From: Octopus vulgaris
Taxonomy: Eukaryota
Length of the DNA stretch: 64,000 nucleotides
Direction of reading: 5' to 3'
Assembly: GCA_951406725.2 (NCBI GenBank)
Contig: OX597822.1
Coordinates: 56,048,001 to 56,112,000, forward strand
Shown in pieces: positions 41,145 to 54,794 of this stretch (positions within the stretch are counted from its first letter, which is position 1; every line of letters starts with the position of its first letter). The position numbers and the translations under genes are program-made. The notes under the pieces are model-generated. The model saw nothing but the letters and a program-made list of their open reading frames with translations, did not search any database and was not told the DNA's origin.

Positions 41145-41416
41145 ATATGTGCATGCGTGAGTGTGCATGGAATAATGCTAAACACACGATCTCAATGATA
41201 TCCAATAATTTCATGAATATGGGAAAACATTTTCAGTTGTTCGGTAATGAATTAATTCAAGTTATTACATACCTTTCGTTGAATGTGATATGGGAGTCAT
41301 TTCGTCAAGAACTTTCTTGAAATATGAAAATGAAATCACCATTGCTGTTATAAATGTAGCATACAAAAAGTATATGTAAAAAGTACAAAGACACTCAATA
41401 TATTAACTATACATAC

Positions 41417-41573
41417 ACGCGTAGCTGTGTGGCAACAAGCTTGCTTCCCAACCACATGGTTTCGAGTTCAGTCCTACTGTATGGAAACTTGGGCAAGTAT
41501 ATTCTACAGTCTCGGGTCGAAGGCAGACTTGAAAGTGGATTTGGCAGACAGAAACAGATAGTAGCCAATCGTG

Positions 41574-41620
<47 letters not shown>

Positions 41621-41652
41621 TTGTGTGTGTGTGTGTATGTGTTTGTGTGTGC

Positions 41653-41684
<32 letters not shown>

Positions 41685-41918
41685 ATGTGTATGTGTGTCC
41701 ATTTTTTTGCGTTTGTCTCCCACCATCACTTTGCAAACTGTTTTGGTGTGTTTACGGCACGTATCTTAACGGTGTCGGCAAAAGAGACGACCGATAGAAT
41801 AAGTACTAGGCTTACAAAGAATAAGTCCTGTGGGCGATTTCTTCGACTGATAATCCTTTAAAGCAGTGCTCCGGCATGGCCACAGTCGAATGACTAAAAC
41901 AAGTAAAATAATAAAAGA

Positions 41919-41920
<2 letters not shown>
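41417..41920 (+). mobile_element. SINE family A, diverged
   Basis: Colinear with other family A copies; expanded internal microsatellite. Confidence 0.85.
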
Positions 41921-41961
<41 letters not shown>

Positions 41962-42076
41962 TATGTATGTATGTATGCATATATATATATATATGTATCT
42001 ATATACCTATCTATCTATCTATCTCTATATATGTATATATATAAACATATATACATATACACACACACACACACAC

Positions 42077-42138
<62 letters not shown>

Positions 42139-42519
42139 ATATACATAGGCATGCATACAAATATTTGTGTATGTGAGTGTATACATGCATGAGTAAGCAC
42201 TCATACACACATATAGACATTAGTGTTGTGGTTTTTAAATTACATATAAACAGATGTAAAATGTAAATATTTACTAATGAAAAAAAAAACTTCATACTTT
42301 TTAGTAGAATCGAATTAATTTCTAAATATTTATTTATACATGGATTTCCTGTAATAAAGCTTGAATAACGATCTACAACTGAAAGTTCAGATTGTAGAAA
42401 ATCCCTTATGCGATTGTGTATTATACACACAAACACACGCACTCACACACATAAACATACATAGGCATAATATATATATATATGCATAAGATATTTGAAG
42501 ACAGATTTATGTTTATAAA

Positions 42520-43400
42520 AAGTCCTGTGCTTGGAAATGCACGACTTTGAGTTTGCATTCATGTTAGCTGCTGCACTATCTTCAGGGCCACATCAAAAAA
42601 GACTGTTTTTCGATAGCTGCACTTCTTGCAATATCTGCATATTGCTTATTGAGTGGTGCAGAGTGCATGCGTTGATCTCTTTTACTACTCTTTTGAGACG
42701 CATTTCTTCCTGTTGGAGATACATGCTTCATGATTTCCCTGCAGATATTTATGCCTACAGATCCATACTTGATGATTTCCCCCTATGTTTTTGTTGGTTT
42801 TGTTGGACTCTATCAGTTTCTGTCCTTGAGCCTCTTTGCTTTTCCTTGTAGTGTTTTTTGTTTTTGCCTGGTTACCTTTGGACTTCCGGGCATCAGTTTT
42901 CCTGGTTGTATCAGTTTCTTATTTGCCTCTGTTTTTCACCACAGTCCAGCTTTGACTGTTCTTATTGCCGCTGTTGCTGCTGGCAATGTTGTTCGCAGTT
43001 TCTTTCCCAGTGCTGTTTTTCGAGCCAGTGATATTCGCAGTTTCTTTTATGGAACTGTCCGTTTGTCCTTCATTGGTTTCTAGCCATTCAGGGTCGTGAT
43101 TGAATACTTCTGTTTCCTTCATTATGCTTTCTAGTTGGTCGATATGAGGCTTGACAAGATATGAACTCTTGTTTCTTTCGCATAATCTACGCCATGGATC
43201 TGTCATAACCATAGCTCTTCAAGGCTACTGCTATCAAGTTGTTGGACGGAGAAACTTCACTCCAGCTCCAAACTTGAATATAAAGTTGGAACTCATCGAA
43301 CTGCCAATTTCGACACATCTTTTGTATTTTGTTTACCTGGATCTCACCCTGTACGAATTTGCGGTTGTTGGTGTCCATGTGTTGATTTTTCGTAGAATAA
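42520..43400 (-). pseudogene. Decayed coding-like relic, possibly LINE ORF1
   Basis: Consecutive broken minus-strand frames, Lys/Asn/Thr-rich middle (SWTVVKNRGK) and Cys/His-rich end. No decisive motif. Confidence 0.35.
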
Positions 43401-44296
43401 AAGGTAAGGGAGAGAGAGAGAGAGAGAGAGGGAGAGAGAGGGAGAGAGGGAGGGAGAAAGTGATGTTATGCACTGAAAATGGATACAGAAAGAGAGACGG
43501 CGAGTAAGTGACCGAAAGAGTCTTGATAGCTTGCTATGCAAAGGTTCAAAGAATCGAAATATATGACTTTAGGGACAGAGAAGCAAAAATGTATTGCACA
43601 AAAACAAGATATTTAACTCTGTAGAGAAGAAATATGAAGGTCTATGGATTTAGAACGAGAGAAAGAGAAAGTTTTAGGAGAGAGAGTAAAAGAAAGAATC
43701 TGGATAGTGTATTTTGCGAAGGTTCAATAAAAATTAAATTATTAAAAAGTAATGTAAAAATACTTTACCGAGGATATATTATAAACAATTAATATTTATT
43801 TATGAATATATGAAAGGCCAAACATTTTCCCAATTCATATCCTGTGGTTTTGCGGTGGTTCGAATTTACCGGTCTTTTCTCATAAACGTTGTGTATGGCA
43901 TTTGAATTCATAACTTGAATGTGTAGAGAGAGCTAGACACATTTCTCTAGCCGGTCGGGATTGCTGTTAGCCCCAAGGTGATATCTTGTTTTCATTTTTA
44001 TCTACAGGCATATTCCGCTGAAGAGACGAATGGTTCCTTTAATAGGTCTCTAACGTCGACATTGCGATAGGGAATTAACCAGTTATTTTTAAGTTATGGA
44101 TTCTATTTAGCTTGTCGCCCGCAGATAGCTTTTATCGTGAAAATAAACAATATGAGTGATTTAAATGGCTTTATCGCGGTTTTGATTGCTATTTCTAAAC
44201 ATGTAAGGGTTTTGAAACACTCTAAGTTATAACCGTGACTTGCTCATAACTATAAACTCTCTTCTTCTACGTGTATACATACATACATACATACAT

Positions 44297-44327
<31 letters not shown>

Positions 44328-44531
44328 TATATATACGTATATATATATCTATGTATATATATAAATATGTATATAAATATGTATATACATATGTATATAT
44401 ATATATACATTTATATGTGTGTGTGTGTGCATATATTTACATATATATATATATGTGTATATATATATACGTATATATATATTCATATATATACACATAT
44501 ATAAATATACCTATATATATGTGTGTGTGTG

Positions 44532-44567
<36 letters not shown>

Positions 44568-45321
44568 TGCGTAAATATATTTACGTATATATATATATAT
44601 ATATGCGTATATATATGTGTGTGTGCGTATATAAGTATATATTCATTCATTCAATACGGCACAGTTCCAACTTGCAAAAAATCAAAAAGTCCTCTGGCGA
44701 GAGAATTAAAGCGGCAGAGACGGGTAAAAGATATTACTGGAAGTCTCTTGCTGAATGTCTATACAGTCAGCAACCATAGGGTAATGGCCGTTCCAGCACA
44801 GAACTTGTGAGTAACTGTGCTGTCCATGTCCTTCAGTGGTGACAAAGCAGATCTATTTAGACACAACACTGCTTTCCCCAACAGGGAAAGGGGCGAGAAA
44901 GAAGCTCCAAATATCGCTTATGCACCTTAAACTAGTCAGCCTGCAGCAGCTGTCTGGTTATTCAGTAACGCAGTCGAAACAGGAAGAAATCTAAAAATAT
45001 TAACTTTGTTCTTGGAATGTGCGCACTCTCCAAGCCAATGACTCAGCACCAGACCGAAAAGCAGCAGCATCTTGCAGGATCATCACAGTTAGAAGAAAGC
45101 AAAGGTGGATACTTATTATTCTGGTGTGGAAGAAATGAAGGCGATCATTATGTTCGATTACTTTCAGTATTGATTTTTGTGCGTCCAATTTCTAATTTTT
45201 GCAGACAATATCACTTTTATACTTTATTTGGCACGTGAGTAGAACTCATGTCTGGAAACATTGTGACATACTTAGATTCTTGAAAAAACCGACAATAGGG
45301 CCCCTACAATGGATCCTTCTA

Positions 45322-48282
45322 TCTATTACATATTAATATTTTATTTAAACAAACCAAGGGAAATAAACCATACCACCTGCAGTTTTTAGCGAAGTGATCA
45401 ATATTTGATTCACACGATCAGCCCTCCTAATTTTGCATTTCACTAGTCACAGTTTTGAAATGCTAAGCATTATTATTGCACTTCATTCATACATTTCTAT
45501 ACATTTCTATACATACATACGTTTTTGAATGCCCATTACTCTGATAATTCTTCATTTTTTGTAAGTTACACTTTTTCCATGACAGTAGATAAATTTTTTA
45601 TTCCACAACGTATTTGTAGTGGTTTCATGCAGGCATAGCGTAGATTCGATTCTCAGTTGCCAAATTTCACTTAACTCTTCAACAGCACTTTTCTCTCGGT
45701 AAAACAATAGTTTTTCTGTGAATGATAGCAGTTATACATTTCCCAGATGCCTTCGCTAAGCAGAATAACGTCTTCGCTACTTGATCCTTCTAACCTCTTC
45801 TAGGCTCCCAGGGGCTGGAATGGAGATAACAGACCTTCAACGAAATCATTTGTTCTCAACAATATGTCTATCCTTCTGGCTGCTTTTCGGTCGACCTCAC
45901 TTATTCCTCACCTTTACCTGCAATCCCAAATGGCAAGAAATTCTATACTACCTCTTCGAAGGTCAACACAGCAGTGATAAACATGACATAATTGCAAGGG
46001 TCTTCAACTTGAAACAGCAAAAGCTTTTGTGGCAGCTCAAAGATGCTAAAATCTTTGGTGATCTCAATGCTTCGGTGTACACAATCGAATGGCAGAAACA
46101 GGGTCTGTCTCATTCGCATAAGCTCATATGGTGCAAGGAGAGGATATTCCCAGATTCGATTGATGACATCATTTCTGCAGAGTTCCCAAACCCAGAACAA
46201 GACGCTCAGCTCTACAACATTGTGAAGAAACCCATGATTCACGGGCCCTCTGGAAGCTTTAACCCTTTATCTCCTTGCAGGGAGAGTAATATGTGTAGAC
46301 CATTCTTTCAAGAAACAAGAGCTGGATATAACGGTTATCAACTCTACAGGCGGCTCAAACCTGAACATGGCGGTTATACTGCAACACTGAAAACACACCA
46401 GCAAGAAGTTGGAGTGGATAACAGATAGATTGTACTCTACAACAAACTCCTATCGAAAATGTTTGAGGCACACATCAACGTCGAATCATCTAATTCTGTA
46501 AAGAGCATAAAATACTTCTGCAAATAGATCAACAAGCGGTCTAATACGGCAGTTTTTGGAGTCAATGAGCATGAAGAGCAAACGGATGAAATAAGACGTT
46601 ATCTACCGGGAAGATGCATATCATCAAACGAGGCGATTTGGCGTACATTTGACGGAATCCAATGTTTGTGAATCTAGTTGTTCATCTTGAAAGCAGAGAG
46701 CGTGTTTATTTCCCGGAAGATAATACTAAACAGCAATTTCAGCAACCCCGCAAAACAATATTTACAGCTTTTTTCGACCTATGCAAAACAGACAATTTTG
46801 CCCGATCCCTGCTTTATGTTGAAGTACCTGTCTATTACGCCTGGTCAGGAAATAAATGGGTAAAACGTATAAATGGAACTCCAGTTATCGCCTATGAAGC
46901 AGAAAATATATTTCAAAGCAATGTTATTGGGAGAGTTTACACAGTCCATCGAAATCAACAAGACTACTTCTTTTTACGTCTCCTCCTATACACTGTCCGA
47001 GGTCCCACATGTTTTCAATATCTGCGAATGCTTAATGGAGAGCTCTGTCCAAAATTTAGGGCGGCCTGTGCCAAACATGGACCACTTGAAGATGATGCTC
47101 ACTGGCACCAAACACTCGACGAGACTTCTGTCGCCAAAATGCCAACTCAACTACGCTAATTATTCTCCATCATGCTTATGACATGTGCCTTCAGTGATCC
47201 TGTAACGCTTTGGGAGAATTACAGAGAAAGCATGTCAGAGGATATACTATGCAGAATTCAAAGGCAGAGCCCATCGGAAGCTGTTGAATACAACGAGGCT
47301 ATTTTCAACGAGGCATTCAATGACGTAGACAACCGAGTGAAATCCGTGGGTGGCAGTGGATCTGCGGCTTTTGGTCTGCCTCAACCAGAAGTGTCACCTG
47401 AAACCCTTGACATCGAATATGTACGGGAGATCAAATATGACGTCGAAGAAATGACAGCGTTTGTGGCTGATAATAAACACTACCTTCGAATCCATTATTT
47501 CAGCCACTCACAGCGAGACTGGTAATGTCTTCTTTCTCGATTTTCCAGGTGAAACTAGCAAAACATTCATTATCAATCTTATTTTGTCGAAGCTGCGACA
47601 AAATAAACAAATAGATTGGAGCCCCAGTTATACTTTTAAGAAACCTCGATCCCCCAAATTATGCAGTGGCACGAGACATCGAGACGTTGAAGCAGACAGT
47701 GTTGGAGGCGACAATACTGACTGGGAATGCAAGTGGTGAAGATGTTTTCATTTCAGAGATTCCTCTGATTCCTTCCGACACACAAATTGATTTTAAAACG
47801 CTACAATTCCCACTGAGATTAAGCTTTGCAACGAGCATCAACAAAGCACAGGGTCAGACATTGGAAATAGTAGGCCTTAATATTGCAGAACCTGATTTCT
47901 CTCACGGACAGCTCTATGTACGATGCTCTAGAGTTAGAAATGCGGACAATTTATTCATGTATGTACCGAATGGCAAAACTAAAAGCACTGTGTATCACGA
48001 AGCCCTGCAAGACTGAAACTTTGGAACAAAGATGCTTCTCCCTCTGACAACCTCCCTTGCCAACCTACGACAATCTTTCTCGCAAACCTCTGAAAACCTC
48101 TCCCGCACCCCACCTCCAACTTTCTCTCCCTCCTTCAGATGATAGTGTTTTTGTATTTTTTCGCGACGGAAAATACACCTTTTGTGACAATTATAACGAA
48201 ATTGCTTTCTTATATCATCAGAATTATAAGGCGTTTCAATAGAACATCTTTGCCCCCAGGAATTACCGGGAACATCAGCTAG
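45322..48282 (+). mobile_element. Helitron with decayed, internally deleted Rep/PIF1 helicase gene
   Basis: Rep motifs LFLTFTCNPKW, YTIEWQKQGLSHSH, HINVE..SIKY; helicase Walker A relic FFLDFPGETSKTF joined directly to PKLCSGTR and QFPLRLSFATSINKAQGQT..FSHGQLYVRCSRV. 3' hairpin and CTAG|T at 48279-48283; candidate 5' A|TC at 45322. Confidence 0.92.
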
Positions 48283-48319
<37 letters not shown>

Positions 48320-48320
<1 letters not shown>

Positions 48321-49138
48321 ATAGGATTAGCTCGTATACGAGTAGGTATATATTTGTAAAAAATGAAGTTCGAAAATGCTGCTGTATTATACAATTTTTA
48401 ATTTTTAAATTGATGACGTCCTTTTCTGCTTGAATAGTCACCTAACAAGTACAGACAGGGGACAGATCTAATGTAGCTATAAGTCGTGATTGGGCAGAAT
48501 CTGAATGACATCCCGCTATGCTTGACTAACGAAGCGACTGGTCAAGACAGGAAACAAACAAGAGGGAGTTATAATGCAGCGATTGGTCAAAATAATGATG
48601 ACGTCCCGTTCCACTTGATTAAAGCCACCTAACGAAACGATTGGTCAAAACATTGATGACGTCACGCTACGCTAGATTGACCACCTAACAGGCATTATAA
48701 AACCAAGCATGTCACAAAAAATCACTAGAACCACCCAGCGAACTTCCACCATGGGTCATCACAATTGCTTAAGGTAAAAATGAATTCCTCGCTCTTTCGG
48801 AAACATCAATCTTCTGTATTGACTGCTTTCCACCACTTTGATCTGTTTTTTGTATTGAATACGTATCGCCACCGTGGGCCACTGCATCGAACACTTTGAA
48901 ATATACTTCAAACTATATATCAACTATACATGAACTATATATCAACTATACATGAACTCTAAGATGTCTGACTCCGTTGTGTATTATAAATGAATTTCTT
49001 GTGTTTGACGGCATGAGCTGTCTCTTTTTATATATAACTTTTTTTATAAGGTTCATTTCAGGAACTGAAACATGTTATAATGTATATATAAAAATTAAAA
49101 ATTGTATAATACAGCAGCATTTTCGAACTTCATTTTTT

Positions 49139-49149
<11 letters not shown>
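48320..49149 (+). mobile_element. PLE-like terminal repeat with promoter motifs and 61 bp inverted duplication
   Basis: 48347-48407 is the reverse complement of 49089-49149; repeated ATTGG and TGACGTC units; TATAAAA at 48696; GAAACATGTT at 49068; (TA)n flanks. Confidence 0.6.
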
Positions 49150-49180
<31 letters not shown>

Positions 49181-49205
49181 GTATATATATATATGTATAT
49201 ATACG

Positions 49206-49237
<32 letters not shown>

Positions 49238-49411
49238 CGCATATATATATATATATATATACGTATATATACATTATACGTATATATATATGTATATATA
49301 TACGTATATATATATGTATATATATACGTATGTATATATACGTATATATGTGTATATTTTCAATTTACTTTGAAAAATACATCTATACTTACATTCAAAC
49401 ATTACATCTCT

Positions 49412-49486
<75 letters not shown>

Positions 49487-49779
49487 GAGGGATATAATGT
49501 TTCAATATTAGTATAAAAGTATATGTGAAAGGAAATTGAAAAAGGGGTTATTGTTAGAAAATAAAATAAATATAAATCGATGGTTATAATATCAAAGTAT
49601 GGGATTAATAATAGAACACTGTATGGGCACTATGTAAATACTAGTGATAGTATGAATTAAGGGATAATATGCGTTACTATCGTGGTGAGAAGGGTAATTA
49701 GACCCTATATATTTATTCATATTTGAAGTATCTATATTTTCCCTTGCGTATACAACTAGGTAAGTCAACCCAAAACAAT

Positions 49780-50220
49780 AACGATAATTCACGGGTACTT
49801 TGAGATGGATCTGACTCGAAGGTGGCTTTCAGTTCGTCATTATCTACGTTTGTTTCTGCGTGTTGCTCATTTGTGAGGTCAAAGTTACCAGAACGAAATT
49901 TCGCAAACCAATTTGATACTGTCTTCTGTGTAATAACATTGGAATGAAATATTCCATTAATATTCCGAGTTGTCTCTGATGCTGTATTTCCAAGAACGAA
50001 CTCACATTCCAAAACTGTACTTATCCTTCTCTAAACAAAAAAACAAAAACGATTTATAAATAATTTATAAAGCTCAAAATTAGTTAGAATAAAGAAATAG
50101 ACGTGTTAGTTTTTTAACAAAAAATAAAGATTGTCAAAATGTAATAATGGCGCAAAATGAGCAGCTGTCAAAGTTTACCATGTACCTTACTACAAATCTC
50201 ATACTCGAAGACCTAATATA
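49780..50220 (-). mobile_element. Second mariner relic (N-terminal HTH region)
   Basis: EFVLGNTASETTRNINGIF..TQKTVSNWFAKFRSGNFDLTNE..VDNDELKATFESDPSQSTREL. Confidence 0.85.
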
Positions 50221-51398
50221 TATAAATCACAGTATGTGTGTGTATAATGACTTACGCATACATTCCCACAATTTTCAACCGATTTACTTCTATCTCTTCT
50301 CACACATTACTTATGCACTACAGTCATGCACTACAAAATTTTGCCCAGAGCTCCCGCGTAAATTGAGGTAAATGGATATACATTTTTTTGTATGTTTTGT
50401 CTTCCATACTTTTTAAATCTTTTTATAAAAGTGAAATGATTTTGACTTTTATTTCGACTGTCTACCTGCGCAGTGACCCAGTCAGGAAACAGAATTGGAA
50501 GATGTCCTTTTATTTTCATGTAAATAAATATTTATCTTAATTGAAAAGATCCAAATCCGTTTTATGTACATAGTTTTTTGTATGTAGTATTTCCATAATT
50601 TTTATATCTATATGTTCGTTATTTGGCATTAGAAAATAAATATTTTCAGTGGTTATCACATTTCTTTGATTTGTTATTTATTTACATTTTGTAATTCTCT
50701 ATTACTACTTTCTATCATTTTTTTATATGTGTATTGGTGGTATAGTTTGAGTTTTGGTTAGAGAATATTATGAAATTAAAATTATTTTTTTCTATTTATT
50801 TCGACTGCTTCCCATACTTCTTAAATCTATATGGTAGTATATTTACATTACAGACAACTTTTTAGTTGTTTTCACATTTTAACACTTGCAACAGAGATTA
50901 AATTGACTAGGAACACTGTACGCGATGAATATCCGATACCAAACAAAGCGTGTGTCCTTAGGGGCAATCCTGTGTAGATCTATGACCGCTTATAAATCTA
51001 CGCAGGATTGCCTCTAAGGACTGATGCTTTATTTCTATAACTTCGGAAAGTTGAATAATGAACTTTTATGCTTCCTTTTTCTTCTTTCTTTCTATCTCCT
51101 TATTCTCTTCCTCCCTTCCTCTATGTCGTTATTCTTTTAATATATACCATTCTCATTTCTCTATGCTTTTTAAAATTCTTAATATTATTGTACATGACTT
51201 GAGATGTTTGTCTTCCCTTAATATTTGCTGCCCTGTTTAACAATTATATATCCACTGCACCGGATATCTGCAATGACTCCATAACTACTGTTTCGGCTCT
51301 AACTTTGGAACCCCAGTAATCCGCTACAATACTTACCTAGCGTACCTAATCGTTTACATCACATTTGAACTAAACTCCCATAATTTGTATATACATAC

Positions 51399-51501
<103 letters not shown>

Positions 51502-52824
51502 GTGTGTGTGTGTGTATGTCTGTCAGTGTGTGTATGCACACACACACATACATATATATATATTGATTTACATGTTCTTGTCTGTCTCTTGTCCAAGCTT
51601 GATTTACACGTTCGCTACCACAACCTCGTTAGGCTTAATAGCCCTTCCTATTTGTTTTCACTGTTCTGTTCGTGTTACCAATGTTGACCCTCCGCAATAT
51701 CCCAAATTTTATTTAATTTGCTTTGTGGGAGCAACTGTTTTATTGAAAGCGTATATTGTTGTTAAATGATCGAAATACGAGAGTAGAAAAACAGCTAACA
51801 ACTGATGAAGGGTCGTTCTTTATGTTGCTTGTCTTGTTTTCCATTTGTGTTCTTTCGTTGTTCGAAAAAATAGAATATTAACTCTATGCACTCGTACTTC
51901 GTATTTTTGTTGTACACCTTTCATGATGTCCTGTGCCCACATATGCATATATATACGTATCGATGTATGTACATATACGTATGCACATAGTCGAGAGTAC
52001 CTGCGCACCAGAGCCGTATCCAGAACTTGCTGCCGCTAGGAAAATAATGTAAAGAAAGTGACCATCGGTCACTGATTTGCAAGAAGCAAAGTTGCTAATT
52101 ATAAAATCTGGCGACTAGCTTTACTCTTTAGTATGCGTTACTACTCTGAGCACAGTTATCAGACACTGTCCTCATGGCATATCGTACTGAAATTGGGACG
52201 AGGGAAGAAGCCTAGAGAAGAAAGCATATATAAAAAATAGATGGTTGAAAAACCGGAAAACGAAAAGACTAAAGAAATAAAAGGGAGAAAGGAGTTATTT
52301 TCCTTAGACCGTAAATTATAAAGCTGAAAAGATAGTGACTTAGAGTTTATGGTACATAGTCTGTTGGTGGAGGTACTTCGCAATTCTTCAACGGGAACTT
52401 GAGCATATACTTACAACTAATGAAAATTTCGGATCTAGAATTCAGCAATGAGTTGGAGATCTACGATCTGAAAATGAATTGAACTCGTTCAGCTGTGAAT
52501 AGCATACATGTTTTCCACTCGTTAACTTATTGTGTGGATTTTTCGACTATTTTCCACTTTATTGTATGTGGTGTTGCGTGCCATTTCAGACCCCATTCGT
52601 GCCTAGCCAACTTAGTAGTTTTGCTTTTCTCCTTGTGTCTGAATATGTGTGATTAGCGAAGCGGCTATGTGGATTGTACTGGGATACGAGACATGTTATA
52701 CAACAATGTTTGGCATGTTTTCAGCACATGATTATAATAGCAGTACAATATATATTGTGTTCATTAAATAATATTTAACTGTTACCAACACGGAACAGTA
52801 CAATATATATATATATATAAATAA

Positions 52825-52909
<85 letters not shown>

Positions 52910-52914
<5 letters not shown>

Positions 52915-53123
52915 TCAAAATGTGACCGCGTGTGTACCGTTGGCGATTTTTTTCCCTCTTTCTTCCCTTCTCTAGATCTTTCCTTCTCCTATGTTTCCGA
53001 CGAAGAGCTCCGATCGAACCGTTAAACCCTCCTTCTTTCCTTCTTTCCTGGGCGTCCAATAATACTATATTTGTTCCACGTCCTCGCGTTGTTGTGTTTT
53101 TTTGTGCTTTCTTGTTTGAATTA

Positions 53124-53130
<7 letters not shown>
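52910..53130 (+). mobile_element. Solo PLE-like end with degenerate HHR, between (TA)n tracts
   Basis: GTTT-CCGACGA-AGAGCTCCGATC-GAACC-GTT-AAAC at 52993-53027, then T-rich tail. Confidence 0.65.
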
Positions 53131-53174
<44 letters not shown>

Positions 53175-53604
53175 TTGAGTAGTTGAATGAATTATCTTAT
53201 TATGGATAATTCAGTTAACCGATACCTGGGTAGCAAATTCACGTCAGAAAAACAACTCCATTCTTTCATATATATATATGACATGAGAGAAAGAGTAAAC
53301 AGAATTCACTAGATTCCTTACTAATCACAATTTTCTCTTTCCCTCATTCATTACTTACTCAACGTACGCGGTGAAATTTCTGAAGGAAATCTAGTGTCAT
53401 TTATATCTCTACTGTTGATGATATCAATGAATGTGCTTTAATCTCTGTATACTGCCAGGTGTATACCCAAGTTTAAAATAATATGCATATATATATATAT
53501 ATATAAATTGTGTATAATATAAACGTGCATAAGCATACAAATATTTTTGCATTTGTATTGTAGGCATATGTGTGTATTAGTTTGTGTGTATTGATGCATG
53601 TATG

Positions 53605-53730
53605 TGTTGTGTGGACGCCCCAAACGATGAAGTAGGCTAGCTCAATACGTAGATATAGAGGGAGAATTCTAGACGTCGGGAGTTGAGTAGAGGTCGTCGG
53701 AACGTGCGATATAACAGTGGCGACGAGGAT
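53605..53730 (+). mobile_element. Possible LTR retrotransposon relic: short LTR plus primer-binding site
   Basis: TGTTGT...ATAACA (ends 53716) followed by TGGCGACGAGGA (53718-53729), a Gypsy-type PBS pattern. No second LTR found. Confidence 0.45.
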
Positions 53731-54099
53731 TTCGTAGCTCACACAGCCACTGTGTATTATTGCGATATATCAGTATGTAAGCATGTATTATAATAAGGAA
53801 TGCATACTTATTATTTATGGGATGATTATAGCAAAAACAAAGAAAAGACGAAACGATATCACTTTAAACATGAATTTCTTTACACACTTTTATAAAAGCT
53901 GCTAAGACGATTTATGCAAACAAGAGAAGATAGTGAAGAGCCAACAGTTGGATACACACACACACCCATACACATACATGCATATACACACATTGACACA
54001 CATACATATACACACGCACACACACACCCACACACATATATATGCATGCGTCTATATATTTGTGCAGCTATATATATAATTATGCATATGAATACATGT

Positions 54100-54155
<56 letters not shown>

Positions 54156-54221
54156 ATAAATATTTATTATAAATTTATACATGTATAGATATGCACACAT
54201 GCTATATATAGCCACTCCTGC

Positions 54222-54289
<68 letters not shown>

Positions 54290-54290
<1 letters not shown>

Positions 54291-54356
54291 TTTATTTTAA
54301 GCAGCAGAAAATTCAACAAAATCTGTTACTCTGAGTTTCTGGTTGCCGTTCATCAG
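54290..54356 (-). mobile_element. 67 bp HHR fragment, same family as 28124-28363
   Basis: Near-identical to 28124-28190. Confidence 0.85.
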
Positions 54357-54375
54357 CATATATTTATATATATAT

Positions 54376-54794
54376 AGGCGCAGGAGTGGCTGTGTGGTAA
54401 GTAGCTTGCTTACCAACCACATGGTACCGGGTTCAGTCCCACTGCGTGGCATCTTGGGTAAGAGTCTTCTGCTATAGCCCCGGGCCGACCAATGCCTTGT
54501 GAGTGGATTTGGTAGACAGAAACTGAAAGAAGCCTGTCGTATATATGTATATATATATATATGTATGCGTGCGTGTGTTTGTGTGTCTGTGTTTGTCCCC
54601 CTAGCATAGCTTGACAACCGATGCTGGTGTGTTTACGTCCCCGTCACTTAGCGGTTCGGCAAAAGAGACCGATAGAATAAGTACTGGGCTTCCAAAGAAT
54701 AAGTCCCGGTGTTGATTTGCTCGACTAAAGGCGGTGCTCCAGCATGGCCGCAGTCAAACGACTGAAACAAGTAAAAGAGAGAGAGTAAAAGAGA
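54376..54794 (+). mobile_element. SINE family A, full length
   Basis: High identity to 1557-1999 and 8565-8955. Confidence 0.92.

Noticed and set aside
44010-44240. Possible hammerhead (CTGAAGA at 44018 with distant AAACATGTA)
   Set aside because: GAAA is not intact and helices cannot be assigned with confidence; may be another decayed PLE end.
51795-51940. CTGATGA at 51802 as a hammerhead core
   Set aside because: No matching GAAA-NUH-helix I arrangement found downstream.
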